A stretch of DNA of 64,000 nucleotides from Octopus vulgaris. Its lineage: Eukaryota. Numbering within the stretch: the first letter of the stretch is position 1; every line of letters begins with the position of its first letter. Location: the NCBI GenBank assembly GCA_951406725.2, contig OX597833.1, positions 6,758,001 to 6,822,000 on the forward strand. The letters are read 5' to 3'. This document shows, piece by piece, positions 1-14,171 of the stretch. Below the pieces are notes generated by a model. The model saw only the letters and a program-made list of their open reading frames with translations, made no database searches and was not told where the DNA came from. The position numbers and the translations under genes were made by a program.

Positions 1-68
1 ACTACTACTACTACTACTACTACTATCTATCTATCTATCTATCTTTCTATCTCTCTCTCTCTCTCTCT

Positions 69-105
<37 letters not shown>

Positions 106-169
106 AAACTATTTCAGTACACATGTCCACCCAAATATCGTTCATATGAAACCCCTACACACACACACA

Positions 170-262
<93 letters not shown>

Positions 263-317
263 ATACTATGCTAATACACACTCGTAAGCCCAAATATTTC
301 TAACACAATAAATATCT

Positions 318-712
318 TTTGTCCTTTGCTTGTCTTAGTCACTAGACTGCGGCCATCCTGGGGCACCACCTTCAAGTATTTTTGCTTTTTTAGTCGAATT
401 AATCAACACTTGTACTTACTCTGTTTTAAAACCTGGTACTTATTCTATCGGTCTTTTTTGCTGATCTGCTAAGTTGCGGGGACGTAAATACCACACACAC
501 ACACCGGCTGTCAAGCTGTGATGTGGAACAAATACAAACACACGCACACAGACAGACACACAGACACACAGACACACAACACACACAAACGCACATCTAT
601 GACGGGCTTCTTTCAGTTTCCCCTGCCAAATCCATTCATAAGTCTTTGCTGAGCCCATGGCTATGGTAGAAGACACTTGCCGAAGATGCCATGCTGTGGG
701 ATTGAACCGGTA
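318..712 (-). mobile_element. tRNA-derived SINE, family A (octopus OK/OR-type), diverged copy
   Basis: Reverse complement of the family-A copy at 19691-20087 (shared blocks gacgggcttctttcagtttc, tattctatcggtc, gctatggtagaagacacttgcc, actgcggccat). Confidence 0.85.
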
Positions 713-772
713 GCTTAGGGCTCGGAACACATCATTACACGTACACACACACACAACTACACACACACACAA

Positions 773-818
<46 letters not shown>

Positions 819-1374
819 CACACACAGAGGATCGGTGATGCAAACAGGAAAAGTGAACGCAAAGTATGAGATGATGGCATTTCCTTGGATTGTCCTAGAA
901 GAAATTATTAAAAACTAATTAGAATGTTAGGTGGATAATGAAAAATATGCATGACCCACGTAACATAGCAATTGTAACCAGGAAGCCCGGATTTGAAACC
1001 AGTTTGATAAGGGCCGACGCGCAAAACACTCAGCCCTCGAGTCGCTCTCAACCTTCACATCACATCACACATACACACACACAGATTTATAAGTGAAAAT
1101 GTTTGTCATTCGAAACACAAACGCATACATATTAACTACGTAACTATTCACACACACACACACACACACACGCACATGCAGACATACTCATACAAACGCA
1201 CGCACGCACACACACACGCATGCACGCAAGCGCACATACACAAATTAGTATTCAGAGCATACTGAAGTAATCATATCTACTATCGGATAACCTCGACCAC
1301 ATGCACACTACCAATGACTCACACACACACAAGCAGACACACATATGTATATACATACATACATACATATATAC

Positions 1375-1431
<57 letters not shown>

Positions 1432-1520
1432 CGCGCGCACATTCAAACACGAACCTACTATATTACTATGTAACAATTTCAGAATACATAAAAAATATAA
1501 ACGTAGTCGAGCGACAACTA

Positions 1521-1559
<39 letters not shown>

Positions 1560-1587
1560 ACGCGCGCGCATGTATATACGTTTGTGC

Positions 1588-1631
<44 letters not shown>

Positions 1632-1764
1632 GTATGCATATATAAAAAATTAGGGTACTAGAAAGTACCAGCTTTGCTAGAAATGAGAGTCAAATAAAGT
1701 ATGAAGACACAGAAATCTTAATAAAATTCACAGGTTATTGAGATTTCTGTGGCTTCAGAACCGT

Positions 1765-2436
1765 TTAGTCAAATTCGCTGCCGCCATTTTCCAGTACGGC
1801 CTCACTGTGTTTCTGAGAAGATGTTTGAACAGGTTTATTTTGGCCGCCAGCTCGGCCTTGGTGTGGCAAGCAGAGCAGTTGGTGTCTCAACCGTGCCCCA
1901 CACATAGAAATCTATGGGATTACTTAGGATCGGTTATAAGGAAGGGGTTATGAGGTCAGAAATTGGATCCGGTGAAGTGGTAGAAATTCTTCGACGACTG
2001 CTTCTGGGTAGCGATCCTCTCCAGCCAAGGATTGCCCACAGCCTCCAAGAGTTTCACATAGCCATCTGAACTGAGCCTAAGTACCTGTTAAAAGATGTGG
2101 GATCGAATCTGGCATGCGGAAGCAGTCCGAACGTCTGCTGTGTCCCTTCTTGCTGGTCATGGCTTCGTCGTCTCCGTTGCAGCTGTCCATGTCACATTTT
2201 AGAGTATTTATGGAAGTCGTGAAATTGGTATCTTGACACCCAGGGAGAATAATCATGATACGGATAACTCTTTTTCAATATTCACATGGTGTCCAGTCCT
2301 TCATGTCAGCTGACTTTTGCTCAGTTGCTATTTCAAGCTTTATGCTCTCCAACGCCTTTGACTATTCACCAAAATACGAAGCTGTTCTTGAAAAGATGAG
2401 TTACAAAAAATCGTCAAATTTAGCCCGAACACCATG
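1765..2436 (-). mobile_element. Decayed Tc1/mariner transposon, DD37D/maT-like, with TIR remnant
   Basis: Frameshifted minus-strand translation gives LRLSSDGYVKLLEAV..PWLERIA, NP.DFYVW, ACHTKAELAAKI and EAVLENGG; TIR-like aaatttagcccgaacaccatg next to the TA tract. Confidence 0.7.
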
Positions 2437-2437
2437 A

Positions 2438-2467
<30 letters not shown>

Positions 2468-2489
<22 letters not shown>

Positions 2490-2643
2490 ATAAAACAGTA
2501 AGATAACAAAAGAAAGAAAGAGACCTCAATATTATGTAAATAGAGGAAATTTATCTATACAATATCTTACATTACTCGGTAGTCAAGATAAAACTCTGAG
2601 TTTCAGATGCCGAAGTGGAAATCCACAACACCATCTCTTCGGA
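2468..2643 (-). mobile_element. Short (TA)n-anchored element with a hammerhead-like motif (CCGAAGA..GAAA CUC-A-GAG UU)
   Basis: Reverse complement of 2590-2643: CCGAAGA GATG..CATC T GAAA CTCAGAG TT; helix I 5' arm lost at the TA junction. Confidence 0.45.
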
Positions 2644-2725
2644 TATATATATATATATAAATATATATATGTATGTATGTATGCATGTATGTATGTATGT
2701 ATATATATATATATATGTATATTTG

Positions 2726-2760
<35 letters not shown>

Positions 2761-2797
2761 ATTTGTATATATATATATATATATATATGTATATTTG

Positions 2798-2834
<37 letters not shown>

Positions 2835-3234
2835 GAATGTATGTATATTTGTATATATATATATGTATATGTATATTTGCATATATATATATGCATGCGT
2901 ATATGTATACACATACACGCACATATATATATTTACTCACGCACATATCTGTGCTTTTGTATGAATTTATGTATAAATCTATGTGTATATATATGTGTGT
3001 ATGTGTGTGTGTGCGTACATGCAAGCATGCCTACATACACACATGTTGAGGCGCGTGTAGAGCATAAGGGGCCCTACACATACTTCAAAGAAACCTTATG
3101 AAAGACATATAACCACCCTACACATCTCCTCGCGCGTACTGCTGGGTGGGTTCGGGTAGGGGTAGATACCTCGCTTCCATTACCTCCAGGCAGCAGCAGG
3201 ATTGGTAATTTAAGGATGATCGTTACCGTTTACC

Positions 3235-3298
3235 CATCATCATCATCATCTCCACCACCACCACCACCACCACCACACAACAACAACAACACTACAAC

Positions 3299-3331
<33 letters not shown>

Positions 3332-4000
3332 ATCACCACCGCTACCAGCTCTACCTCCAGCACCGCGACAATGTTGGTACAACTACCACGCGCACCCGAA
3401 CCAACATCATTACTACCCGTACCTCCACGATGACGACGGCGTCCACAACCACCACCACCACTACCACTACTACCACCACTACCATCACCATCACCATCAC
3501 CATCACCACCATCACCACCATCATCATCAACATCATCAGCATCATCACCACCACCACCACCACCATCACCACCATATCATCATCACCACCACCACCACCA
3601 CCACACCACCATCACCACCACCACTACCACCACCACCACTACCACCACCACCATCACATCACATCATCACCACCATCACCACCACCACCACCACCACCAC
3701 TACCACCATCACCACCACCACCACCACTACCACCACCACCACCATCACATCACCACCACCACCACCACCATCACCACCACCACTACCACCACCACCACCA
3801 CCATCACCATCACCACCATCACCACCATCACCACCACCACCACCACCATCACCATCACCACCATCACCACCACTACCACCACCACCACCACCATCACCAT
3901 TACCACCATCACCACCACTACCACCCCCACCACCAAAAACATCGTCACCATTACCACCACCATTGAAAACAACAGCACTACCATTAGTACCACCACCATC
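3235..4000. repeat. Compound (CAC/CAT/ACT)n trinucleotide repeat
   Basis: Direct inspection; explains the poly-H/P/T ORFs. Confidence 0.95.
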
Positions 4001-4082
4001 AGATGTGCCCCGCAAATTCCATCGGGTTTAAACTGTAGGTCGAACTATCTGTTTAGGTTGGGGGGGGGGCGCACACACACAA

Positions 4083-4115
<33 letters not shown>

Positions 4116-4401
4116 AATACGCAAAATCCAGGCAATTACAAAGACACCCGAAAATCTGTAGAATCGAAAAGACTTGTATTTCATTGTTGTTACAACATTT
4201 CGTCGGTTGAAAGACGTTCTTTTTTTCGTTTTTCTCCATTACTTTTGTTTATGTAGATACACGAAATGCTAGTATCTCTCCCCCCTCTCTCTCTCTATCT
4301 ATCTCTATCTCTCCCCCTATCTCTCTCGTAGTACTTATATAGGTATGCATATATAATATATATGCGTATCCCTCCCCTCTCTTTCTCTCTCTCACTCTCT
4401 A

Positions 4402-4449
<48 letters not shown>

Positions 4450-4628
4450 GCATCCCAGAAGCTTTGGGATTTATATATACATTTATATATATATTTATAA
4501 AATTTATAATAAAATTTTTAATATCAGAGTAATAAAGATTTTAGAAATTTTTACTACCTGTGGTCTAGCGTGTAGAAAAATTAGTCAATAGACTATATAT
4601 TATTCATATAAATACAGTGTACATTTAA

Positions 4629-4950
4629 ACACGTAAGAGGTATCCGTCATAGGATTCCTTTCACGCTAGAAGGAACAGCTAAAGTCCAAACCACTATTTA
4701 GAGATAAAAATTCGAAGGGAATGAAATATAAAAACATTTACCATTTATTTCCTGGACCATGGTTTCTGACTTCTTTTAGCAAATAAAATAATTTGCTAGG
4801 CTAAAAAAAAGTCAGAAACCATGGTGCAGGAAATAGATGGTAAATGTTTTTATATTTCATTCTCTTCGAGTTTTTATCTCTATATAGTGGTTTGGACTTT
4901 AGCTGTTCCTTCTAGCGGGAAACGAATCCTATGAAGGATACCTCTTGTGT
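4629..4950. repeat. Long inverted repeat (about 150-bp arms); each arm carries the 3' half of a hammerhead
   Basis: 4635-4780 is the reverse complement of 4800-4946; arms contain GAAA CCATGG TC/TG CAGG. Confidence 0.85.
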
Positions 4951-5138
4951 ACCGTTGGCGATTTTTTTTTCCTCTGTCTTCCCTTCTCTGGATCTTTCCT
5001 TCTCCTATGTTTCCGACGAAGAGCTCCGCTCGAAACGTTAAGCCCTCCTTCTTTCCTTCTTTCCTGAGCGTCCAATAATACTTTATTTGTTCCACGTCCT
5101 CGCGTTGTTGAGTTTTTTGTGCTTTCTTGTTTGGATTA

Positions 5139-5143
<5 letters not shown>
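4947..5143 (+). mobile_element. (TA)n-anchored hammerhead element, family H1
   Basis: Near-identical to the reverse complement of 6775-6970 and 33951-34175. Confidence 0.85.
5009..5043 (+). ncRNA. Minimal type-I hammerhead motif, CCGACGA core variant
   Basis: gttt CCGACGA A GAGC tcc GCTC GAAA CG TT aagc. Confidence 0.6.
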
Positions 5144-5203
<60 letters not shown>

Positions 5204-5209
5204 GCATAC

Positions 5210-5540
5210 ATAAGGTGCATCCCAGAAGCTTTGGAAATTTTTCAGGAGAGACATTTACTAATTTCCAAGACAAAACTCTAATCCCCTCCAGAGTAGTTTC
5301 ATCTGACTTCAATACACTTGTTGTGCTGCTCTACCCACTTCATAGAGGCCCCATAGAAGTCTTCTAAAGCAAAGGTGTCCAAGACCCCCGTCACAGCCTT
5401 CTTTATCTTCAAAACGACTGCTCCTGAGGTCCTCCTTCAGACTGGAGACAACCAAAATCACAAAGAACAAGGTCTGGACGACAGGGAAGCTGAAGAACAG
5501 TTTTGATGCCCTTCTCTGTCTGGTAGTTAGTTACTAGGTT
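5210..5540 (-). mobile_element. Mariner transposase C-terminal remnant plus TIR
   Basis: GIKTVLQLPCRPDLVLCDF resembles PPYSPDLAPCDF; WVEQHNKCIEV-like C-terminus; terminus taaggtgcatcccagaagctt. Confidence 0.7.
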
Positions 5541-5744
5541 GCTCGTCACTGGGCCCTTACATTCGATGGTTCTTGGATTCGTTAATTGCATTTTTGAACA
5601 AAATGTTAATATTTAACACAAGGATTAAATATACTCGGTGTACCCGGGTACACAGACATACAAACGGATGTACAATCATATTTGCATACTTGCACAATTA
5701 TGCATGCATACATGAATACATACATACAAAACACACACACCCAT

Positions 5745-5787
<43 letters not shown>

Positions 5788-5830
5788 TATGCGTGTATAT
5801 ATATATATATATATATATATACATACCTAT

Positions 5831-5877
<47 letters not shown>

Positions 5878-6129
5878 TGCATATGCACATATATATACGT
5901 AGATATAAGTATATGTATACAATATATTTGTGCGTATGTGTGTGTGTATGTGTGTGTACAGCATAAGACATTATTGAATTAATTTCTTCATTTAATTAAG
6001 TTACTTAATAAATAACTTTACTGGGGCCAAAGGCTGTTCACTGCTTTGATGTGTTCAAATCCTTTTCCTTCCGTGTGTGTGTGCACCCGCATGTGTCTGA
6101 TGTCTATGCATGCGTTTCTATATGCATAC

Positions 6130-6218
<89 letters not shown>

Positions 6219-6245
6219 CATACATACATATATATAAACATATGC

Positions 6246-6339
<94 letters not shown>

Positions 6340-6442
6340 GTTATATTTTGGGAAGGTCATTTTTTGTTGCCAAAGAAACACACGCACTATATATTCGTTC
6401 TTCACTCGTTTACTGTTGTTCATATTTTATCTTACTGCCAGT

Positions 6443-6485
6443 GTCTGGAAATCTTTCGTCACACATCTGTGACGTCTTCAGCGAC
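6443..6485 (-). ncRNA. Type-I hammerhead motif (left arm)
   Basis: Reverse complement: gtcg CTGAAGA C GTCACA gatg TGTGAC GAAA gatt TC cagac; helix III imperfect. Confidence 0.55.
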
Positions 6486-6549
6486 GCTTCCATCCACGTA
6501 TATCCTTCTATCTACGTGTATCAACAGTAGGAGACACGTGGATGGAAGA

Positions 6550-6592
6550 GTCACTGAAGACGTTACAGATGTGTGACGAAAGTTTTCCAGAC
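6550..6592 (+). ncRNA. Type-I hammerhead motif (right arm)
   Basis: gtca CTGAAGA C GTTACA gatg TGTGAC GAAA gttt TC cagac. Confidence 0.5.
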
Positions 6593-6774
6593 AATGGACA
6601 TAAGATAAAACAGAACAAATATAATCGAGTGAAGGACGAATATATAGTGCGTGTGTATATTTGGCAAGAAAAAACATGACCATCCCTCAATATTACAATA
6701 TCTGTTTCAACATACGATTTCACATCTGGAATCTTACAAAACAACTTCATAAACGTATATATATATATATATAT

Positions 6775-6970
6775 ATAAAGTTAATCCAAACAAGAGAGCA
6801 CAAAAAACACAACGCGAGGAAGTGGAACAAATATAGTATTATTGGACGCTCAGGAAAGAAGGCGGGTTTAACGTTTCGAGCGGAGCTCTTCGTCGGAAAC
6901 ATAGGAGAAGGAAAGATCCAGAGAAGGGAAGACAGAGGGAAAAAAATCACCAACGGTACACACGAGGTCA
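6775..6970 (-). mobile_element. (TA)n-anchored hammerhead element, family H1 (motif at 6866-6900)
   Basis: Reverse complement: gttt CCGACGA A GAGC tcc GCTC GAAA CG TT aaac; begins at a TA tract. Confidence 0.85.
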
Positions 6971-7685
6971 CGAGGTGGTATCAAAAAGTTTCCAGACTAG
7001 TTCTGTAGCGCGCCAACAGATGGCAGCACACAGTTTCGTGCGCAGTGAGAACAAGCACTGGCCTTCATGAGGCAGTTTTCCGAGTGATATCGCTGTGAAA
7101 TTTGTGCTTTTGTGATCCCTTGTATACTGTAGTCTACGATTTTGTAATGGACAGGAACAAAGAGCCAACGTGAGATTTTGCGTTAAACTTGGGAAACCTG
7201 GTACAAAGAGACATTGAGCTTAATTCGGCAGGTAATGAGTTGTACGCAACGTTTCGTGGGGCACGGGTGCTTGAAAAGCGGAAGAACGTCCTTGGAAGAT
7301 GATGAGAGACATGGAAGACCTGCCACGAGCGTCAAACCTGGAAATGTGGAGGAAATTCACCAGTTTGTGCATGAGGGTCGTCGGAGGACAATGAACGACG
7401 TTTTGAAGTGTCTGAGGAGGAAGATTCGATGAAAGCGATTGGGTGGCGTGCGGAGAATTGGATTCTTCACGACGACTATGCACTCTGTCACCGAGGTTTC
7501 TCGCCCGAAAGTATATGACATCGTTTCCGCACTCACCCCATTCGCCAGATTTAGCACCTGCAGACTTCTACTCTACAGACATCTCTTCTACAAAATAAAT
7601 TTGCGGCTCAAAGGTCGCCGTTTTAACACCACTGCTGAGATCCAAAGTAAATCGCAGAAGGTCCTCGACTCGCTTACGGAAAACA
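6971..7685 (+). mobile_element. Internally deleted mariner element
   Basis: TIR cgaggtggtatcaaaaagtttcc; EQRANVRFCVKLGK, KSGRTSLEDDERHGRP, SPDLAPADFY, LRLKGRRFNTTAEIQ. Confidence 0.85.
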
Positions 7686-7781
7686 CATGTATACACACAC
7701 ACACACATGCATAGAAATAGAAAAGTCGAGAGAAAGACCGAAAGTGAGATAGATAGACAGACAGGAATGGAAGAAGGGAAG

Positions 7782-8151
<370 letters not shown>

Positions 8152-8166
8152 TATAATATATGTATG

Positions 8167-8215
<49 letters not shown>

Positions 8216-8217
<2 letters not shown>

Positions 8218-8442
8218 CGGGAAGCTTTATGAAAATAAACAAAAGACGAAGGCAGGTTTACGGAGATAAACAAAAGATGAAGGCAGGTGGAATACAAACA
8301 AACAATTGTATTAGTATGGCGCTCAGGAATATAAATAAAACAAGTCTTTTACGTTTCGAGCCTACGCTCTTCAACAGAAAGATACGCAGAAAAGAAACAC
8401 AGAAAGAAGGAGAGAAAAAAATGCGTGCAGAGGCTAGCGAAT

Positions 8443-8445
<3 letters not shown>
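8216..8445 (-). mobile_element. Family H2 element (motif at 8345-8382, core CUGUUGA); truncated copy at 8508-8566
   Basis: Reverse complement: tcttt CTGTTGA A GAGC gtag GCTC GAAA CG TA aaaga; flanked by TA tracts. Confidence 0.8.
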
Positions 8446-8510
<65 letters not shown>

Positions 8511-8562
8511 CGGGAAGCTTTATGAAAATAAACAGAAGACGAAGGCAGGTGGAAAACAAACG

Positions 8563-8593
<31 letters not shown>

Positions 8594-8760
8594 CGTATAT
8601 ATATATATGTGTGTCTATATATACAAGATTAATCAGCCGAAATTGCGAAGATGATCCGGTTCTTGACTGAAGATTGAAGGCTTCGAATGTCTCGTCCGTG
8701 TTTTTTGTATCGTCTTCTAAATGTTTCACGTTCTTGTCCCAGTTTGTATTTTTTTACATT

Positions 8761-8879
<119 letters not shown>

Positions 8880-9311
8880 TTACGGTCAGATTCTCCAAGG
8901 GGCTTGATGTGTTGGTAATCTACCATATATCCACGTGTAGAAAATTCCACTGGCAGAAGGTAGACAAAAAAAGCGGCATTAGAGGCTTCGTGCATAAACA
9001 AAGGCTCACACTTAAACTGCATACGTATAAACGAATACAGACACAAGCAGACACTTACACAAACACAGGCATACACACACGCACAAACAGATATATATAT
9101 ACATATACATATACACACACACACAGATTAAAATATGAGGGATAGAGACTGATGTAAGAACTGTTCCGGTTTCCTTCCATCAAAATTGCCAGTATGTGTC
9201 TTTAATGATTTTCCGACCACTCTTTCGTCTGCCTGCACGAGATCTGCACTTGCCAACGTATGTTTTATATAGGTGTGTTTATATATATGTATATGCATGT
9301 ATGTATGTATG

Positions 9312-9345
<34 letters not shown>

Positions 9346-9369
9346 TGTATGTATGTATATATGTATGTA

Positions 9370-9382
9370 TATTATTATTATC

Positions 9383-9416
<34 letters not shown>

Positions 9417-9454
9417 TTATTACTATTATTATTATTACTATTATTATTATTATC

Positions 9455-9488
<34 letters not shown>

Positions 9489-9493
9489 TTATA

Positions 9494-9526
<33 letters not shown>

Positions 9527-9529
9527 ATA

Positions 9530-9570
<41 letters not shown>

Positions 9571-9716
9571 TATTATTATTACTATTATTATTATTATTAT
9601 TACTATTATTATTATTATTAATATTATTATTATTACTATTATTATTATTACTATTATTATTATTATTATTATTACTATTATTATTATTATTACTATTATT
9701 ATTATTATTATTATTC

Positions 9717-9772
<56 letters not shown>

Positions 9773-9803
9773 GTTGTTGTTGTTGTTGTTATTATTATTA
9801 TTA

Positions 9804-9841
<38 letters not shown>

Positions 9842-9861
9842 GTTACTATTATTATTATTAC

Positions 9862-9897
<36 letters not shown>

Positions 9898-9912
9898 TAT
9901 TATTATTATTAA

Positions 9913-10009
<97 letters not shown>

Positions 10010-10110
10010 GTTACTATTATTATTATTATTATTATTACTCTTATTATTATTATTATTATCATTATTATTATTATTGTTAATATTATTATTATTATTATTG
10101 TTATTATTAT
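9370..10110. repeat. (ATT)n microsatellite, about 740 bp
   Basis: Direct inspection. Confidence 0.97.
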
Positions 10111-10312
10111 ATGTATCTATGTACGTATATTTGTGTGTGTGTGTAGGGGAGAGGGGGGAGCGGAAGAGGCGGAAGAAGGTTTATTTGGAATAAGAACGTT
10201 ACTGAATGAAGGGGGGTGGTCAAGTGGATTGGATTTAGTGCCTCACTTGTTTCAAATTAAAGCGAGACGTGCACAAACGCACACTTATAATCGCTCACAT
10301 ATTTATGCTCAC

Positions 10313-10345
<33 letters not shown>

Positions 10346-10451
10346 CGTATACACGCACATACATCCAAGATAAAAATTTGTAAATAAATGCATTAAGTGT
10401 ACGATAATATGAACAGTAATTCTAAGATGAGCATTTAAAGTTATGTTATAC

Positions 10452-10514
<63 letters not shown>

Positions 10515-10698
10515 TATATATTTTTTTTTTCACGTACATGTTCATATACATATATATTTATATCATCTTGATAGTTCTATGCATACATATGTATGTATGT
10601 ATGTATGCATGTATGTATATATATGTGTGTGTATATATACATATATATATGTATGTGTCCATCTATCTATCTATCTATCTATCTATCTCTCTGTATAT

Positions 10699-10757
<59 letters not shown>

Positions 10758-10913
10758 CAAATATATACAGTTACAGAGTGCAAGATGCATATTAGCCATT
10801 TGTCACAAGCCAAAACGAGTACACCTCACATACATACACACATATATAAATGCATATATGCTAACATACAACCCATATACATACTTATACGTACGCTTAT
10901 GTGTAACTGTGTG

Positions 10914-11000
<87 letters not shown>

Positions 11001-11276
11001 TCACATATATATGCATGAGTATACTCATACACATCACTTTTATACATTTTCGTTTAACAGGACGAAATATGCAACAAAATAATATGAATATTACTATTAA
11101 TATTACTGATAATATTAATGATAATAATAAGAGAAGCAGAAAAAAATATGAAAACTACTGAACAGGATAGAGATCTTCATAAACAGACCGGAAATGGATA
11201 TTAACCGGAAGACCACATCTGAAATACAGGAAATTAATGAAAAAAAAGGAAGGGAAATAGGAAAATGGTTCTGCTA

Positions 11277-11340
<64 letters not shown>

Positions 11341-11749
11341 CATATGTCTTGCATTTTAACCAAACAAAGAATCCGTCCCATGCGTAAACCAAGGTAAATT
11401 TTACAGACACAGAAAATATACTTGTCTTGATAATAGTTTAGTGGAATCTTTATCCCAAATTTACTTGCTTGTATCTAGTATACGCCTGTATACATCGCTC
11501 AAATATCGACACAAAACGAGTGCACACGCACACATACACACACATACTTAGCGTCTCAGTCGTGAAGAATGGTCAATCTAAAATGTAATTTCCACTACCA
11601 TATCAATGATACTTTATTTTGTCAATGAGTTTTCCTAAATCTTATAAATCCCGACAACACAGGCCGCCGCAAGTTTTTTGAGATTCTTATATTTAATATA
11701 ATATAAAGTTATCAAATATGTTTATTTAAGCTGTCTATTTTTTAATAAC

Positions 11750-12670
11750 TGTCTTCGTATTTGTCCGCTGTTGTTTGGATTCTCTCTCACTATACTGATA
11801 TAAAGGGAATAAATTTTTATAACGTTTCTGTGTTCGTTAAATTTTTATTAAACAAGTGATTCCTAGTGCTTACATTTATGTGTTCACTGTGTGGTATTTG
11901 CTAAAGTTGGGAAATCGCATTCGTTTTCTTAATGTCATTCCTATTTGTCTGATATAACTCTCTCCACATCCTAATCAAGTTACATCATAAAATAGGTTTC
12001 CGGATGTACAGGTAACGTTATTCCTTATATTGTAATACTGTTCTTATGTATAAAAGAATTCTGAACCTTGGAACAAGTTACAGGCATATTCCATCGTTTG
12101 TGGCACCCAGACGTTTTTTGACCATTTATTTTTTGTTGAAAATGATTTAGTGGCTATGAATATTCTCTTTTGTGAAGAAGCTGTATTTTATTTCTTATAA
12201 TTCTATGTATTTGTAAATTCTATTTTAGCATCAGTGTATTTTGAAGAAAGATTTGACAAGCTTCGATGTCTCCAGGGTTGTGTGTTGAGGCATCTGGTTA
12301 CATGTTTCATTTCAGGTGTTTTGTTTTGTTAAACTCGTAACAGTATCTGGACACCAGTCTTCTTAGCTCGTTGTTTCCTATCATCTAGTAAAGGTAGCCA
12401 ATATTGACTATCGATCCGTATATCTGCCGATCAGTTCTTCAAGTTGAATTTTGTGACAATTTATATCGGATACAAATTTGCATATTATTTTGGCTAAATT
12501 GAAAGTTTATATAAAACTGTTCCAGTGTGTTTCAGTTACACTAAATAAAGAGTGGATAGTAATTCAAGTCTGCGGGCTTGTAATATAGACCCATCGTCTC
12601 TAATTTCATCTCAGCAATGTCTAGAAATGGTAGCTTTTCTTGACTGCAATTCACAATGGATTTGTTAGAG
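11750..12670 (-). mobile_element. Penelope-like element remnant: RT C-terminus plus GIY-YIG endonuclease
   Basis: Minus strand LPFLDI..LYYKPAD and NVTCTSGNLFYDVT*LGCGESYIRQIGMTLRKRM (degenerate GIY-YIG); many stops and frameshifts. Confidence 0.75.
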
Positions 12671-13289
12671 CGACAAAATTCTTTACTTTCTTATTTTGTA
12701 TCTTACCACTATGAACTTCGCAGTCAACCAAATACATGCCAGCGAAGAACTGGGATCGGTAAGGCTGCCTTCCTATGTTTAAGCCTGAATATCACTACAA
12801 TCTAATTGGATGAGTGTCACAATTGGCGTCACAGTGTCACTATCTCAGAATTGGTCGTAGCTGACCATATGACGTCGTGTAAAGAGAACAACAGTAGGAA
12901 GGCAACATAAAACCAGTTTTGTATTTTATCGCAGAAGTTCCATGACAGGCAGATTGGCTTTTGTAAGGAAATCACTGAATGTCTTTCGAGAACTCGGTGG
13001 TGCAAAGAGGTTGGAGATTTAAGATTGACCTAAGAAAAAAAAACAGAACCCAAGAGTCTGAGGTAAAAAACCAGTGACAGGGTCTGTGTTGGTCAATAAT
13101 AGCTGCTAAAAGAATTTGTAAAAGAATGGCAATATAAATAAATGGATCTCAATTTTTCCAGGTGTTCTGTACCTATGTTACCTGTTCCTTGAACCGGTGT
13201 ATATGTGGCTGAGTATTCCACAGGCAAGTGTACCATTATTGTAATCCTCGGGTACTGTCAGAATGACGCTGTGTGTGATAAGGTTGGAC

Positions 13290-13452
13290 TTTATCCAATG
13301 AGGTTTCATGCAGTTACCCTCTGTCCAGTTTCTGTCAGAAAATTTGGGTTGATCCAAGGCTATAGTAAAAGACTCTTGGCCAAGAGGCCGAACTAGGGAA
13401 TCGAATTCAAGACTTTCTGATTGCGAAGGAAGTGTCTTAAGCATTCGGTCAT
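13290..13452 (-). mobile_element. Old family-A SINE 5' remnant
   Basis: ggctatagtaaaagactcttggccaag..ggaatcgaattc resembles the family-A head. Confidence 0.55.
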
Positions 13453-13640
13453 ACTACGTTTACCAAAACAGAAAAGAAAATAAGAAAACGGAATGATGGT
13501 CGGTGTGAATTTGAAATTGGCGTCTTTTTTGTCATTGGTTCTCATCGTGAACAAACCCAAAACAATACTTTTCCTAACATGACTTACATGTTAGGAAATA
13601 TATGAATAACATGTATTCATATATTATTAGACCAGCATTA

Positions 13641-13858
13641 AAGTCGGCAAGCTGGCAGAGTCGTTAGCACGCCGGGCAAATGCTTAGCGACATTTCAACT
13701 GACTTCATATTCTGAGTACAAATTTCATCGGGGCCGACTTTGCCTTTCATTCTTTCGGGGTCGATAAAATAAGCACCAGCTGCACATTGGAGTCGATGTC
13801 ATCGGCTTAAACCCTTCCCAAAATTGTTGCCCTCGCGCCAAACTTTAAAACCATTATT
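13641..13858 (+). mobile_element. SINE family C (central gcctttcatcctttcggggtcgataaa block, Meta-domain-like)
   Basis: gctggcagagtcgttagc head and gactttgcctttcattctttcggggtcgataaaataagcaccag; repeated elsewhere in the window. Confidence 0.8.
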
Positions 13859-14118
13859 GAATAAGCTTTTGTAAATGAATCTCCATTGAACTGGGTTGCG
13901 GCGTCCTTTTAATAAGTCTAGATAGAAAGGGACAGGAGGAAAGGGAAACATAATGGGTCTGGTCTTGATCAAAATCATTAAGCAAAAGGAGTGGGTTCGA
14001 ATTTCGACCAGGGCACTCACTAAAAAGAAGAAAACAATTATGTTATGTTTCGTTAGTTCCATGTTTGATTAAGAATAAAGAATATCCAAATATATTCCGA
14101 ATCTTCATACTCAGAGCT

Positions 14119-14171
<53 letters not shown>

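Larger units (their letters stand above)
6344..6692. repeat. Long inverted repeat (about 160-bp arms) with a hammerhead motif in each arm
   Basis: 6344-6506 versus 6529-6692; the paired ORFs 6051+ and 6459- translate to near-identical text. Confidence 0.9.

Noticed and set aside
975-1052. tRNA-like A/B box on the minus strand
   Set aside because: Weak boxes and no cloverleaf; at best an old SINE head
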